Below are positions 5,618-14,917 of a stretch of 36,152 bases of DNA, in pieces (position 1 is the first letter of the stretch; the number at the start of each line of letters is the position of its first letter). Source of the DNA: an uncultured bacterium (GTDB taxonomy: Bacteria; Cyanobacteriota; Cyanobacteriia; CAIUCS01); assembly GCA_964550475.1 (NCBI GenBank), contig CAZJZR010000001.1, forward strand, positions 7,847 to 43,998, read 5' to 3'. The position numbers were made by a program, and so were the translations under genes. The notes below the pieces were generated by a model. That model was not told where the DNA came from, did no database searches, and saw only the letters and a program-made list of their open reading frames with translations.

Positions 5618-8320
5618 CTAATCCACCGTTTCATTCACCGGGAAGCGATCCATCAGTTGGATGGCTTGGCGGGCGGTGGTGTAGAGGCTGGTGGAAATGT
5701 GGGGGACGTGGGGGATTTGCGAGAGGAAGTCCACGGTGCGGCGGAGAATGCGTACCACATCGCCATCGTCTAAGCTGGTGTTGGCGCACAACTCCGACCA
5801 TTCGATCCCCAACGCCCACTGTTCGACTACACCAATCAGGTCATACTCCAACCACACGGGCAGGGCTACTTGCGATCGCCGTTGTCGCTGGAACAATTGA
5901 TGGCGCAGGGTGCGTAATCCGCCCAACGCTTCTTCGACTTCGCCAGAGGGCGTGTAGTTGATCCAAATATCCGGGCGGGAGACTTCCGTGGTGAGGGCAG
6001 CGGAGGCGGCAGCCAGATGGTGGGGAGCTAGATGATCCAACTCACCGGACATTAACGCTAAGCCCAGCCAGAGTTCGTTGTCGCCTCGGATGGCGGCGGC
6101 AGCTTCGCCCAATTCCGTCGGCTTCATGTTGCGATCCAGACAGCCGAAACTTTCGAGAATTTTGATCAGTTGCAGAAACTCATCCCAGTGGCGATGGGCA
6201 TGGTGATCCAGCTTGGTTTGCCGATCGGTCAATTCCTGCTGCAAGGACATAAACCGTTTGCGGCGTTTGAGCAAATTGGCGCGATCGCCCCACTGATGCA
6301 CCGGATGGGACAACAGCTTTTCCTCCACTGCTGTCACCCGCTTAATTTGGTTTTGCACCTCCTCGCTCATGTCTACTTGGGAGACTTCCAACACCTGGCG
6401 ATTGGCAATGGTGCTGAGTTTTTGGCTGATCGGCAGGGAGTCTTCGTGGCCGCTGCGGTGCTGTCCCGGTTTCAGGGGTAGCTCTGGCGGTGGGGTGAGA
6501 TTGTCCACGGCGGTAATGCGCGGCAATTCGCCATGCAACCCGACCACATCGTTGGTGGTGACGACATACCAACGGTTACTGTCAGACAGACAGACGAGGT
6601 AGGGGAACTGGCCGGAGCCTGGGACTTTGCTGACCAGGACTGCTGGAACGGGGGTGGGGACTGGGACGTGCTTGCCCTTGAGGCTGAGGATGGTGCCTGC
6701 GACGGCAAATTTGAGGGCGATCGCCATCTCGCTGCCAATGGTTTCTTCCGCCTGTTGTTGCAGAATTTTCAGCAGTCGCCGTTCTTCCTTCAGGTGCCCT
6801 TGGAGTTTTTCATAGGCATCCACCGCAGCCCAGTCCACCTTGCCCAGTTGGGCTTGCAGGCGGTCAAGTTCGGCTTCTAAGGCGGCGATCGCGTCCCGCT
6901 GCGGCTTCAGGTGCAAGGTGGACAGGTATTGGCCAAAACTGCGTTCCACCAGTTCCCGCGCTTCTTCCAACGTGTGGATTTGCAACAGGTTCAGCACCAT
7001 GCCGTAGCTGGGGGTGAACTGGCTGACCAGCGGATCGGCTCCGGCGGTGGTGAGATAGCTGGCTTCCTTGGCTCCCTCAAATGCTGACTGCACCGTCACC
7101 ACATGACCGACTGGATCCATGCCCCGTCGTCCGGCGCGTCCGGCCATTTGCAGAAATTCCGAGGGCGTGAGCAGTCGATGCCCCATATCCGTTCGTTTAG
7201 ACAGGCTGGAAATCACCGTGGTGCGGGCGGGCATATTGATCCCCGCTGCCAGGGTTTCGGTGGCAAACACCACTTTGACTAAGCCCTGCTGGAACAATTC
7301 TTCCACCAAGCCCTTCCAGGCAGGTAGCAGTCCGGCGTGGTGCGAGGCGATGCCCCGGTGCAACGGCTCCAGTTGATCCGCCTGTGCCATTTCCGGAAAC
7401 CGTTCTACGAATGCGGCGATTTGTCGGCGCAATTGGTCGGCTTCCCATTCGTTGACCAAACACAGATCGCCCAAGTCTCGGACGGCGCGATCGCAGCCCC
7501 GCCGACTGAAGATGAAGTAAATTGCGGGCAGCATATCTCGCTGGCTCAGTTGCGCGAGGGCAAAGGCCATGCTGGGGGCTTCTTGGCGGGGAGCTTTGCC
7601 ATTACCGCCGCGCCCCCGTCCGCCCTTGGGTTTGAGGCGGGGATTAATCTGCTTGCCGCTGTCATCCAGTAAGGGAAACAGCCCCTTGGGGTTGCAGAAG
7701 TAAAATTGCAGCGGTACCGGTCGGAAACTGGAGTGGATCAGTTCCGTCGGCCCGTGTACCTGGGCAATCCAGTCGGTGAGTTGGTCGCTGTTGGCGATGG
7801 TGGCGGAAAGGGCGACCAGTTGAATTTCCCTAGGGCAATAGATGATCGACTCTTCCCAGACGGTACCGCGCTGGCGATCGTTCATATAATGGCACTCGTC
7901 CAGTACCACGGCTTCCAAGTCCACGAGGGACGTGCCCACCTGCCCAATCGGGGTGCCATACAGCATATTGCGGAAAATTTCCGTCGTCATCACCACGACG
8001 GTGGCATCCCGGTTCACGGACAGATCCCCAGTCAGCAAACCCACCCGGTCTGCGCCAAACTGGTCACGGAAATCGCGGAATTTCTGGTTGGATAAGGCTT
8101 TGAGTGGCGTTGTATAGAACACCCGTCGCCCCCGTGCCAAGGCGCGATGGATGGCATATTCCCCAATCAGCGTCTTCCCCGATCCGGTGGGCACGCACAC
8201 CACCACCGATTTGTCGGCGTTGAGAGCCGCGATCGCCCGTTCCTGGAACTCATCCAGGGGGAAGGGAAACAATTGCTCTAGATTTAGCCCAGTTGCGATG
8301 GGGTCAACAGTCACGCTCAA
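5618..8320 (-). CDS. Ski2-like DEAD/DEAH-box superfamily II helicase
   Basis: 900 aa. Motif I PTGSGKT, motif II DECH, SAT, motif VI QMAGRAGRRG and a long C-terminal Ski2/DSHCT-like region are present. Confidence 0.9.
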   Translation of the reverse strand: MSVTVDPIATGLNLEQLFPFPLDEFQERAIAALNADKSVVVCVPTGSGKTLIGEYAIHRALARGRRVFYTTPLKALSNQKFRDFRDQFGADRVGLLTGDLSVNRDATVVVMTTEIFRNMLYGTPIGQVGTSLVDLEAVVLDECHYMNDRQRGTVWEESIIYCPREIQLVALSATIANSDQLTDWIAQVHGPTELIHSSFRPVPLQFYFCNPKGLFPLLDDSGKQINPRLKPKGGRGRGGNGKAPRQEAPSMAFALAQLSQRDMLPAIYFIFSRRGCDRAVRDLGDLCLVNEWEADQLRRQIAAFVERFPEMAQADQLEPLHRGIASHHAGLLPAWKGLVEELFQQGLVKVVFATETLAAGINMPARTTVISSLSKRTDMGHRLLTPSEFLQMAGRAGRRGMDPVGHVVTVQSAFEGAKEASYLTTAGADPLVSQFTPSYGMVLNLLQIHTLEEARELVERSFGQYLSTLHLKPQRDAIAALEAELDRLQAQLGKVDWAAVDAYEKLQGHLKEERRLLKILQQQAEETIGSEMAIALKFAVAGTILSLKGKHVPVPTPVPAVLVSKVPGSGQFPYLVCLSDSNRWYVVTTNDVVGLHGELPRITAVDNLTPPPELPLKPGQHRSGHEDSLPISQKLSTIANRQVLEVSQVDMSEEVQNQIKRVTAVEEKLLSHPVHQWGDRANLLKRRKRFMSLQQELTDRQTKLDHHAHRHWDEFLQLIKILESFGCLDRNMKPTELGEAAAAIRGDNELWLGLALMSGELDHLAPHHLAAASAALTTEVSRPDIWINYTPSGEVEEALGGLRTLRHQLFQRQRRSQVALPVWLEYDLIGVVEQWALGIEWSELCANTSLDDGDVVRILRRTVDFLSQIPHVPHISTSLYTTARQAIQLMDRFPVNETVD

Positions 8321-8403
8321 CCGTCCGAGGGGGATACCTCTTAAATCTTAAACCCCAAACCCGAAACTATAACGATTTCGCTCGGTTTTCATCTCTAGAC
8401 TTA

Positions 8404-8685
8404 GAGGGTGTTTTAAAAGCCCTATTTGATGTAGCCCTGGCGACTAAAGTCGCGGCTATACGGACACTAGCGAAGCCATGCCCGTAGGGCTATAACCTGC
8501 CTACGCAGGTTATGGAAATCCTTGATTTTCTATAGTCCGCGTAGGCGGACTATAGCCCTACGGGCAATAGCCTTCGGCATGGCTACGCTAGGGCTTCGCT
8601 AGTGTTTGTATAGCCGCGTAGGCAAAGCCAGCCCAAAGGGCTTATTCTATTCGCCCGGATGCCCCCCCAACTGTTGGATACGCCC
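8404..8685. repeat. Nest of MITE-like repeat modules
   Basis: It starts with gagggtgttttaaaagccctatttgatgtagccctggcgac, which is the reverse complement of the 13005-13136 element and the same end as at 36036. It has internal palindromes (tagtccgcgtaggcggacta). It ends with the 8615-8685 copy of the 3947 module. Confidence 0.7.
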
Positions 8686-8837
8686 TGTTCAGGAATATGT
8701 GCAGCAATAATTCTGCCAAATCTGCCAAATCTGCATGATCACCGCATCTCACTCTCCGGGCTGAGGGCGCGGCGATCGCTGCCTCAGCTCGCAGACCTAT
8801 AGATGTGACACAAAGCTAGATGTGACACAAAGCCAGA

Positions 8838-8956
8838 CCCATCTGGTTGAGTTCCGCGAGGTGTAGGGACGGGTTTTGTCGTCAAATTAACAATCCTAGC
8901 GAGAGTTTCTCGGCTAAACCCGCCCCTACATTGATCTAACGGAACTACCCAGGTGG
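8838..8956. repeat. MITE-like element with ~40-bp imperfect terminal inverted repeats
   Basis: cccatctggttgagttccgcgaggtgtagggacgggttt ... aaacccgcccctacattgatctaacggaactacccaggtgg. Confidence 0.6.
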
Positions 8957-8990
8957 ATCAATGCTGAATTGTTTGATCCATCAGGGGTGA

Positions 8991-9044
8991 GGTACTGCGC
9001 CCCTACATGCCCATCTTGTGTGTGGTCTGTAGGGGCGCGGTACC
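8991..9044. repeat. Palindromic repeat (ggtactgcgcccctaca ... tgtaggggcgcggtacc)
   Basis: A 17-bp inverted repeat. The gtaggggcgcgg core recurs at 13291 and 21207. Confidence 0.6.
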
Positions 9045-9226
9045 TGCGTCCTTAAGAGGTACGTGGGCAATTACGTTTTAGATTAAATTAAAGTTTCACA
9101 TCAGTGTTTACATGAACTTTGTCCCAGTCCTGTAACGGTTTGACTGCATTCTGTCGGGTGTTATGGCGTATATTAACAAGTAGTTAGGGGCATTCTGCTA
9201 CGTCCGTCCCATTATCCCTAACGGCT

Positions 9227-9640
9227 ATGAATGCAGATTGGTATCAAACCCTCAACGCGCTTCAGCAAAACTTAGCGATCAACGATCGCGCCCTTCAGGA
9301 ATTACGGCAGCAAAACGAATTGAATTGGCAGCAGATCCAATCCAGTGGCCAGTTGATTACGGCATTGGGGGAACGGATTACCGTCAATGCCCGCATGATG
9401 GGGGACATTCAGCAAACCCAAATCGACCTTTCTCGGCTATTCCATCAACAACAGGATCAGTTTCAAGAGTTGCAGATGTTGACCCAACGGTTAATGGAGC
9501 GCATCGAGTCTAACCAACTGGAAACCAATCAACGACTGGAAGCCATGAAGTTGCAAATTGTTACCTTACAGCAGCAATTGTTAGCTCTGCACCAACAAAT
9601 TGCCACGTTACTACAACGCCCCTATGTTAATGTCCGCTGA
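9227..9640 (+). CDS. Hypothetical Gln/Leu-rich coiled-coil protein
   Basis: 137-aa ORF with a heptad-like Q/L-rich sequence throughout. No enzymatic motif. Confidence 0.55.
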   Translation: MNADWYQTLNALQQNLAINDRALQELRQQNELNWQQIQSSGQLITALGERITVNARMMGDIQQTQIDLSRLFHQQQDQFQELQMLTQRLMERIESNQLETNQRLEAMKLQIVTLQQQLLALHQQIATLLQRPYVNVR

Positions 9641-9845
9641 CTTACAGCGGTAAGCGACTCGCCAGTTAAGTAGGCGTGGCTTGGCGATCGCGGATGGATT
9701 TACAGCTTAATCAGATTTACAGCTTAATCATCTATCCACACCGCCATCTTTAGGGACACGGTATTGCTCTGTCCCCACCACGATCAGCGGGATGTGATTT
9801 TTCTGCAAGTCCCTTCCGTTTTCCGGGCACTAGCCATCAATTTGT

Positions 9846-9869
9846 GGGGGCGAACTGCCGTTCGCCCCC
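9846..9869. terminator. GC-rich hairpin between convergent genes (gggggcgaac tgcc gttcgccccc)
   Basis: A 10-bp perfect stem. A related copy sits at 18743-18763, and both are followed by gtgattggggattt. Confidence 0.45.
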
Positions 9870-9906
9870 AGCGTGTGATTGGGGATTTTAGTTGCACGCT
9901 TGTGCC

Positions 9907-10890
9907 TTAGCTGGCTAAACCAGACTTGCGCGCTGGGGAATAGAAGCGTTTCGATTCCTTGATAAACCGGATGTAGAGGTGCTTAAAGGTGGAACGAATC
10001 ACCCGTGGCAGACCGAAGTCAATCGGCACTAGATTGGCGGGGAATTGCCAATCTGCCAACTCCAGTTCCTCTGGTCGGAGGTGGGGGAAGTGCAGTTGGT
10101 CGGGACTGGGACACAAGCCCAATCGCACCGAAGCGGCGATAGTGGGAATCGTCATTGGGTTGGCTTGCAGAATGGTTGCGATCGCCCAATCCAAGGCAAA
10201 CACATCCGTAGACGCTCCCAACACACCCAAATCGCGCGGTTCTCCACCACTGGGGCCATTGCCCTCATGCCCCACAATGCCATCCACAATCGTCAGGTCG
10301 GGGGCGATCGCCCGTGCCGTTTCCACCAACATGGTGCCAAAGCGGGCACTGTCCTTACCTGCTTCCATGTGCCACCATGCCTTCATCTTGCCGGGAACAC
10401 AGCCAAACAAATTCTTCACCCCCATGGTTAGGGTTAACTGCACATGGGACTTCACCTTGGGCAAATTAATCACCACATCTGCATCCATGGCTTCCTTGCT
10501 CAAGCGCAGATGATTAAACTCCTGACTCACGGTTTGATACCGCTTGCCCTTAAATTCCACAATTGGCACGCCCAATTCTGCCATCAATGGCAGATAGCCA
10601 CTGGCTTCGGCCACACCCAAGGCACTACCAAACGCTGGACTGTCACCCAGGAACGGTTTGCCCCCTGCCTCAATTACCAACTCCGCCACTGCCGCCGCCA
10701 ACCGAGGGTCAGTGACACAGGCTTTGCCGGGACGAGCACCCGTCAACAAATTCGGCTTCAGTAGCACACGATCGCCCGGTTTAACAATCGCCGCCATCCC
10801 ACCCATGGGGGCAAGTAAGGCTTCTAGGTTGGCACGCAGAACGGAGCGATCGTAGGTCTCAACTCGAAGCAAGCTAACCGTAGACTTCAT
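9907..10890 (-). CDS. DUF362 domain-containing protein
   Basis: 327 aa. The N-terminal V.IKPN....... pattern (VLLKPNLLTGARP) and overall layout resemble the DUF362 family. The assignment is from memory of that family. Confidence 0.75.
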   Translation of the reverse strand: MKSTVSLLRVETYDRSVLRANLEALLAPMGGMAAIVKPGDRVLLKPNLLTGARPGKACVTDPRLAAAVAELVIEAGGKPFLGDSPAFGSALGVAEASGYLPLMAELGVPIVEFKGKRYQTVSQEFNHLRLSKEAMDADVVINLPKVKSHVQLTLTMGVKNLFGCVPGKMKAWWHMEAGKDSARFGTMLVETARAIAPDLTIVDGIVGHEGNGPSGGEPRDLGVLGASTDVFALDWAIATILQANPMTIPTIAASVRLGLCPSPDQLHFPHLRPEELELADWQFPANLVPIDFGLPRVIRSTFKHLYIRFIKESKRFYSPARKSGLAS

Positions 10891-11084
10891 AGGTGATCCA
10901 GATGGGTGATACAGAGAAGGGGTAGAGGTGCGGAATCGGGTGACTGACTGTGTTAGGTCAACTCTCAGTCATCAATTAGTCATAATTGGCCAATGAATTA
11001 TTTGCCAGTGTACATGACCTGCAACGAAATGTTAAGGAATCCCCTGTGGTTGCTCCAATTGCGGATGCAGCGATCGCCCATCCC

Positions 11085-12986
11085 CTACCGTTGAAACACC
11101 AATGCACCATCGACTTGGATAATCTTCTTCTTCAATATAGATTGATCATTCAATACCGCCACAAACCCATCAGTGGGTAACTCCAAGGTTTGCAGCACTT
11201 GGCTCAACAATTGTTTAGCCCCATCATCCACTTCGATAAAACTTTTTTGCCGTATCAGCCCAACGACCACAAACCGTTGCTCTGGGTAATAGTCCAATAC
11301 TTTTTCCACCAGATAAATCTGGGTGATGCGGCGAAACGGTTTTAACTGTTCGACAATGGCGGCCACTTCATCGGCAGTGCAACTATGGGGTTTGAAGCGA
11401 TCGCTCTCCCTCAGTGTCGATCGCTCGTATTGGGCTTTAGCCAACAGATTATAGTGGGCATCGAGTTGTTGACGACAGGCTTTCACCGCATCCACCTGCC
11501 CGTGTTGAATATAAAACATCTCCAGCAGTTGATAGGCTTCAACCGTCCAAGCCGGTTCGTGGGCGATCGCCCGCTCAATCAACGGCACCCCCGCCGGATC
11601 TCCTTTCGCCAACAACAGTTGTCCCAACGTATAGTTAGCAGTGACATTGTTAGGATACTTGGACAAAAATTCTTGCGCCAGAGGCATCGCCACCGCTTCA
11701 CCACGCAATTCCAAGGTGTAGTAAACCCGTGTCCACTCCTCCAATTCTGATAATCCGGCCTCGCCCTCAGCTTGCCGTTTCTCCTCTAACATCTGCAAAT
11801 TCGCCTGAAGCTCCTGTAAATAGGCGTACCGCTGCCGCCATGGCGTAGAGGCTTCCGCCTGCCATTCCTGATCAAAGTGCTGGGTCAACTCCGGTAAGGC
11901 ACTGCCCAGCAACTGTTCTGCGGCAGTGGTTGCAGGTGGGCTGATCCGCAGCAGAGGGGCGATCGCATCTGTGGTATACCCCAGAGCGGCGAGGCGATCG
12001 CGCAGACAGGGATGGGTGTCGTCATTATTGGTCATTTTTTTCAGGGCTTGGCTGATCCATTGCTGCTGCTGATCCAGTGGCAAGGGTTGATGCAAAGCCG
12101 TAAACATCAGCGAGTAGGCATTGCCCGGTGGATCAGGCTGATGCTCTATCTGTTGATTCAGGTCTGACCAAAAGGTGTGTTGCAGAAACTGGCTTTTCAG
12201 CGCAACATGAATCAACGCTTCGGCAGCATGATCCGCTCCTGCTAATTGTGCAGCACAGCGATCGGCCTCATATTCATTCATCCGCCCCAATGTGAAGGAA
12301 TAGGCATTAAACCGTGGCCAATACCACTCCAAAAAATCATTAAACAGAGCCATGCTGCCCTGGTGTTCGCTATTGTGTAACCGTTGATAAATCTGCAACC
12401 AAGTGTTCCGCAGCCGATAAATCCAACCACCAAACCGCGAATGGTTGCCCGACAAATGACCAAATTCATGGGCTAAAACGGTTTTAAATTGATCCAGCGA
12501 TAGGGCTTGCATCAGAGGCAATCCTAGGATGAGATAATTCTCCTGCCAGCCAAAAATTCCCAATCGAGGAATTTGCTTCACTGCCGCATTCAATTCACCG
12601 ACAAGCAAAATATTATGAAACCTAGGAGTCTGTAATTTTTCAGTCAATTCATCGACTAAAGCAAACAAATTAGGTACTTGTTTTCGGGTAAGGCGCAAAC
12701 CATCGGGCGGCGGAAAATTCACCCGTAGAGAAGCCAAAATCATCCAGGCTGGAACCAAGGATAAAACCCCTAGTTTGATGATGAAGTAATTGAAGCTGCG
12801 ACTAACAACCATCAAGCCGACGAACAATAGAAAAAGTCCTAGTAAAATTCCTAAGACTAGAAAAATATAGAAATAGCCTAAGATGGCAAATAACCCAACC
12901 CGGAGCTGATAAATCCGAGGATGTTGCTGGGCAAATCCTTCTAATTTTTGTACTAAGGCATCAAACTGGTCAGAGGTAATGGCCAT
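11085..12986 (-). CDS. M48-family zinc metallopeptidase with N-terminal transmembrane segments and C-terminal TPR-like region
   Basis: 633 aa. It has HEFGH (HExxH), hydrophobic helices at the N-terminus and a helical-repeat C-terminal half. Confidence 0.85.
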   Translation of the reverse strand: MAITSDQFDALVQKLEGFAQQHPRIYQLRVGLFAILGYFYIFLVLGILLGLFLLFVGLMVVSRSFNYFIIKLGVLSLVPAWMILASLRVNFPPPDGLRLTRKQVPNLFALVDELTEKLQTPRFHNILLVGELNAAVKQIPRLGIFGWQENYLILGLPLMQALSLDQFKTVLAHEFGHLSGNHSRFGGWIYRLRNTWLQIYQRLHNSEHQGSMALFNDFLEWYWPRFNAYSFTLGRMNEYEADRCAAQLAGADHAAEALIHVALKSQFLQHTFWSDLNQQIEHQPDPPGNAYSLMFTALHQPLPLDQQQQWISQALKKMTNNDDTHPCLRDRLAALGYTTDAIAPLLRISPPATTAAEQLLGSALPELTQHFDQEWQAEASTPWRQRYAYLQELQANLQMLEEKRQAEGEAGLSELEEWTRVYYTLELRGEAVAMPLAQEFLSKYPNNVTANYTLGQLLLAKGDPAGVPLIERAIAHEPAWTVEAYQLLEMFYIQHGQVDAVKACRQQLDAHYNLLAKAQYERSTLRESDRFKPHSCTADEVAAIVEQLKPFRRITQIYLVEKVLDYYPEQRFVVVGLIRQKSFIEVDDGAKQLLSQVLQTLELPTDGFVAVLNDQSILKKKIIQVDGALVFQR

Positions 12987-13004
12987 AGTCTTAATTTGGA
13001 ATGA

Positions 13005-13136
13005 GAGGGTGTTTGAAAAGTATCTGGCGGTTAAAACCGCGACTACGCTAGTGTCCGTATAGCCGCGATTACCCTGCGGAAACGCAAGGCGAACAGTCGC
13101 CAGGGCTACATCAAATAGGGCTTTTAAAACACCCTC
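13005..13136. repeat. MITE-like element with terminal inverted repeats gagggtgtttgaaaag ... cttttaaaacaccctc
   Basis: The TIRs are read directly. Its internal modules are shared with 8404-8470 (inverted) and 36036-36152. Confidence 0.75.
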
Positions 13137-13205
13137 TGAGATAATTGGCGCAATTCTAGTTTCAGCAACTGTTGCAAAAGCGGTAATGGCGGTTTATTGA
13201 ATTCT

Positions 13206-13345
13206 AACTATTCAAGTTAATTAACGCTTGATTGCTCGATCTATAAAGGGTTGGGAAACCCAACCCGTACAATTCCATCCGTTGTCCGGTGTGTAGGGGC
13301 GCGGTTCCCGTGCCCTAGATTCGGCTACCTAAATGCTTACATTGA
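13206..13345. repeat. 140-bp MITE-like element, copy A
   Basis: It aligns end to end with 21121-21260 (aactattca.gtt.at.aacgct.gattgctcgatcta.aa.gggttgggaaacccaaccc.tacaat.ccatc.gttgt..ggtgtgtaggggcgcggtt.cc.gccctagattcggctacct.aat.cttac.ttga). It contains two internal hairpins. Confidence 0.8.
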
Positions 13346-13354
13346 ATTTAAGGT

Positions 13355-13861
13355 CTATTGATCTAAGATTTTTTGAATTGCCTTCGCTACATCTTGCTGC
13401 TCTTGAAACCACTTGTTATTGAAAGTGTTCAGCAATCCTAGGGAGGAATACACCGGATATTTATCCCCTGTACTGAAGTGGAGAAAAATTGGATGAATCG
13501 GTGTTCCTTCGGTATCAGCGGGTTTGATTTCTACCTTAGTAATCTCTGTTAGAGAGCGTGTAATGGTGGTTTTAGACAACAAGTATTGTTGTTCAATTGT
13601 GACCGTTTTAGTTGTGCGGTCTAAACTACAGGTGATCACGGCAACCGATGTATAAAACACCCAGCCCACAACCAAAAGCAGAGGAATCATCAACCAGCGA
13701 ATTTGAACTGGTAGTGGAGTTAGTTCATCCCCCCAGGATATCTGCGATCCCCAGATGAGAATGTACAGGGGGATGGCCAAAAAAATGCTGAGAAATAGCC
13801 CAATACTGAGAGGCTGGCTGTAGATCACTAATCGATCAGCAGTTTGTTCACGAATTTCCAT
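13355..13861 (-). CDS. Hypothetical membrane protein
   Basis: 168 aa, with two long hydrophobic segments in the N-terminal half. No recognisable domain. Confidence 0.55.
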   Translation of the reverse strand: MEIREQTADRLVIYSQPLSIGLFLSIFLAIPLYILIWGSQISWGDELTPLPVQIRWLMIPLLLVVGWVFYTSVAVITCSLDRTTKTVTIEQQYLLSKTTITRSLTEITKVEIKPADTEGTPIHPIFLHFSTGDKYPVYSSLGLLNTFNNKWFQEQQDVAKAIQKILDQ

Positions 13862-13914
13862 GGCTTGGGGTATGTCAAGTAGTTTGTGTTAAGGAACAAA
13901 AAAAGGAACAAAAA

Positions 13915-14097
13915 TTAGTCAGGAAACCGATCAGCGAATTCAATCGCGAAGCGATTCAGAGCAGGCTTCCAATCCCGGATCGGCATCGTCCACTTTTTGG
14001 CCATATTGACCATCGCCAGGTAGACCACTTTGAGTGCCGACTCATCGGTCGGGAAGGTGCGATGATTTTTAGTCACCTTGCGGATGGTGATATTAGA
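13915..14097 (-). pseudogene. IS256-family (Transposase_mut) transposase, C-terminal fragment only
   Basis: My own minus-strand translation is NITIRKVTKNHRTFPTDESALKVVYLAMVNMAKKWTMPIRDWKPALNRFAIEFADRFPD*. This matches the conserved C-terminus of IS256/mutator transposases (..RKVTKN...FP.DE.A.K..YLA......KW....DWK.ALN.F.I.F..R). There is no upstream catalytic region and no start codon. Confidence 0.75.
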
Positions 14098-14198
14098 CCT
14101 CTTGCAAATTAACCTGATTAAGCTGCTAGGGACAACTCAGCACATACCCTCCAGGTGAATCATGCAGGCTAGACGCACCCTATTGGTTGTCCTGTAGA

Positions 14199-14783
14199 AT
14201 GTCGTCAATTATCCCGGTAACTACCCCCCACACCCTACCCACTCACGTCCCCACCCACCCAGTCCCCCATATCCCTCGACCCCATCCAATTCTTCAAAGC
14301 CTGCAACCCCAACAAAACCCTGATTTCAGATAGCGATCGCCGCTACTACATCGACTTCACCAGAGCACGCAACAGCGGCAAACGCGCCGTCAGCCTAATC
14401 GACGAACTGTACCGCACCATCACCCGCAGCGACGATCGCAGCCACCAACTCTTCACCGGGCACATTGGCTGCGGCAAATCCACCGAACTCCGCAACTGCA
14501 AGCCAGCTTGGAACAAGACGGCTTCCACGTCGTTTACCTCGACTCCAGCGAAGATCTGGTGATGACCGATGTCGATATGTCCGACATTCTGCTGACCATT
14601 GCCCGTCAGGTGAGCAACAGCTTAGAACAACTCCACATGACCCTAGAACCCAAAGGCTTTCAGGGCGTACTCAACAAAGCGTGGAGCTTACTGCAAAGTG
14701 ATGTCAGTTTAACCGGAGCAGGCACCATTCCCGGCGTGGGCAAAGTCGCCGCCAGCGCCGAAGCCGAACAATTTAAGTCATAA
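14199..14783 (+). pseudogene. P-loop NTPase (AAA/STAND-like ATP-binding protein), frameshifted and 3'-truncated
   Basis: Frame 1 reads ..FFKACNPNKTLISDSDRRYYIDFTRARN...QLFTGHIGCGKSTELR (Walker A). A 1-nt loss near 14495 shifts the frame to ..LQASLEQDGFHVVYLDSSEDLVMTDVDMSDILLTIARQV... The only ATG (14199) is in yet another frame. The ORF stops at 14783, far short of a complete NTPase. Confidence 0.65.
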
Positions 14784-14843
14784 CCTGTAGGCTTGAGGCA
14801 ATTGATTGAACAGCCCTGACAGCAGTCCAGTCGAGTCAAGGCA

Positions 14844-14875
14844 TAAAAAACAGAGGCACGGCATTCGCGCCTCCG
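14844..14875 (-). terminator. Candidate intrinsic terminator downstream of the dehydratase gene
   Basis: The minus strand reads ggaggcgcgaatgccgtgcctc followed by tgtttttt. Confidence 0.4.
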
Positions 14876-14917
14876 TTTTCTTGTATCTGCGGATTTACAA
14901 GTCGTGAATTATCCGGC

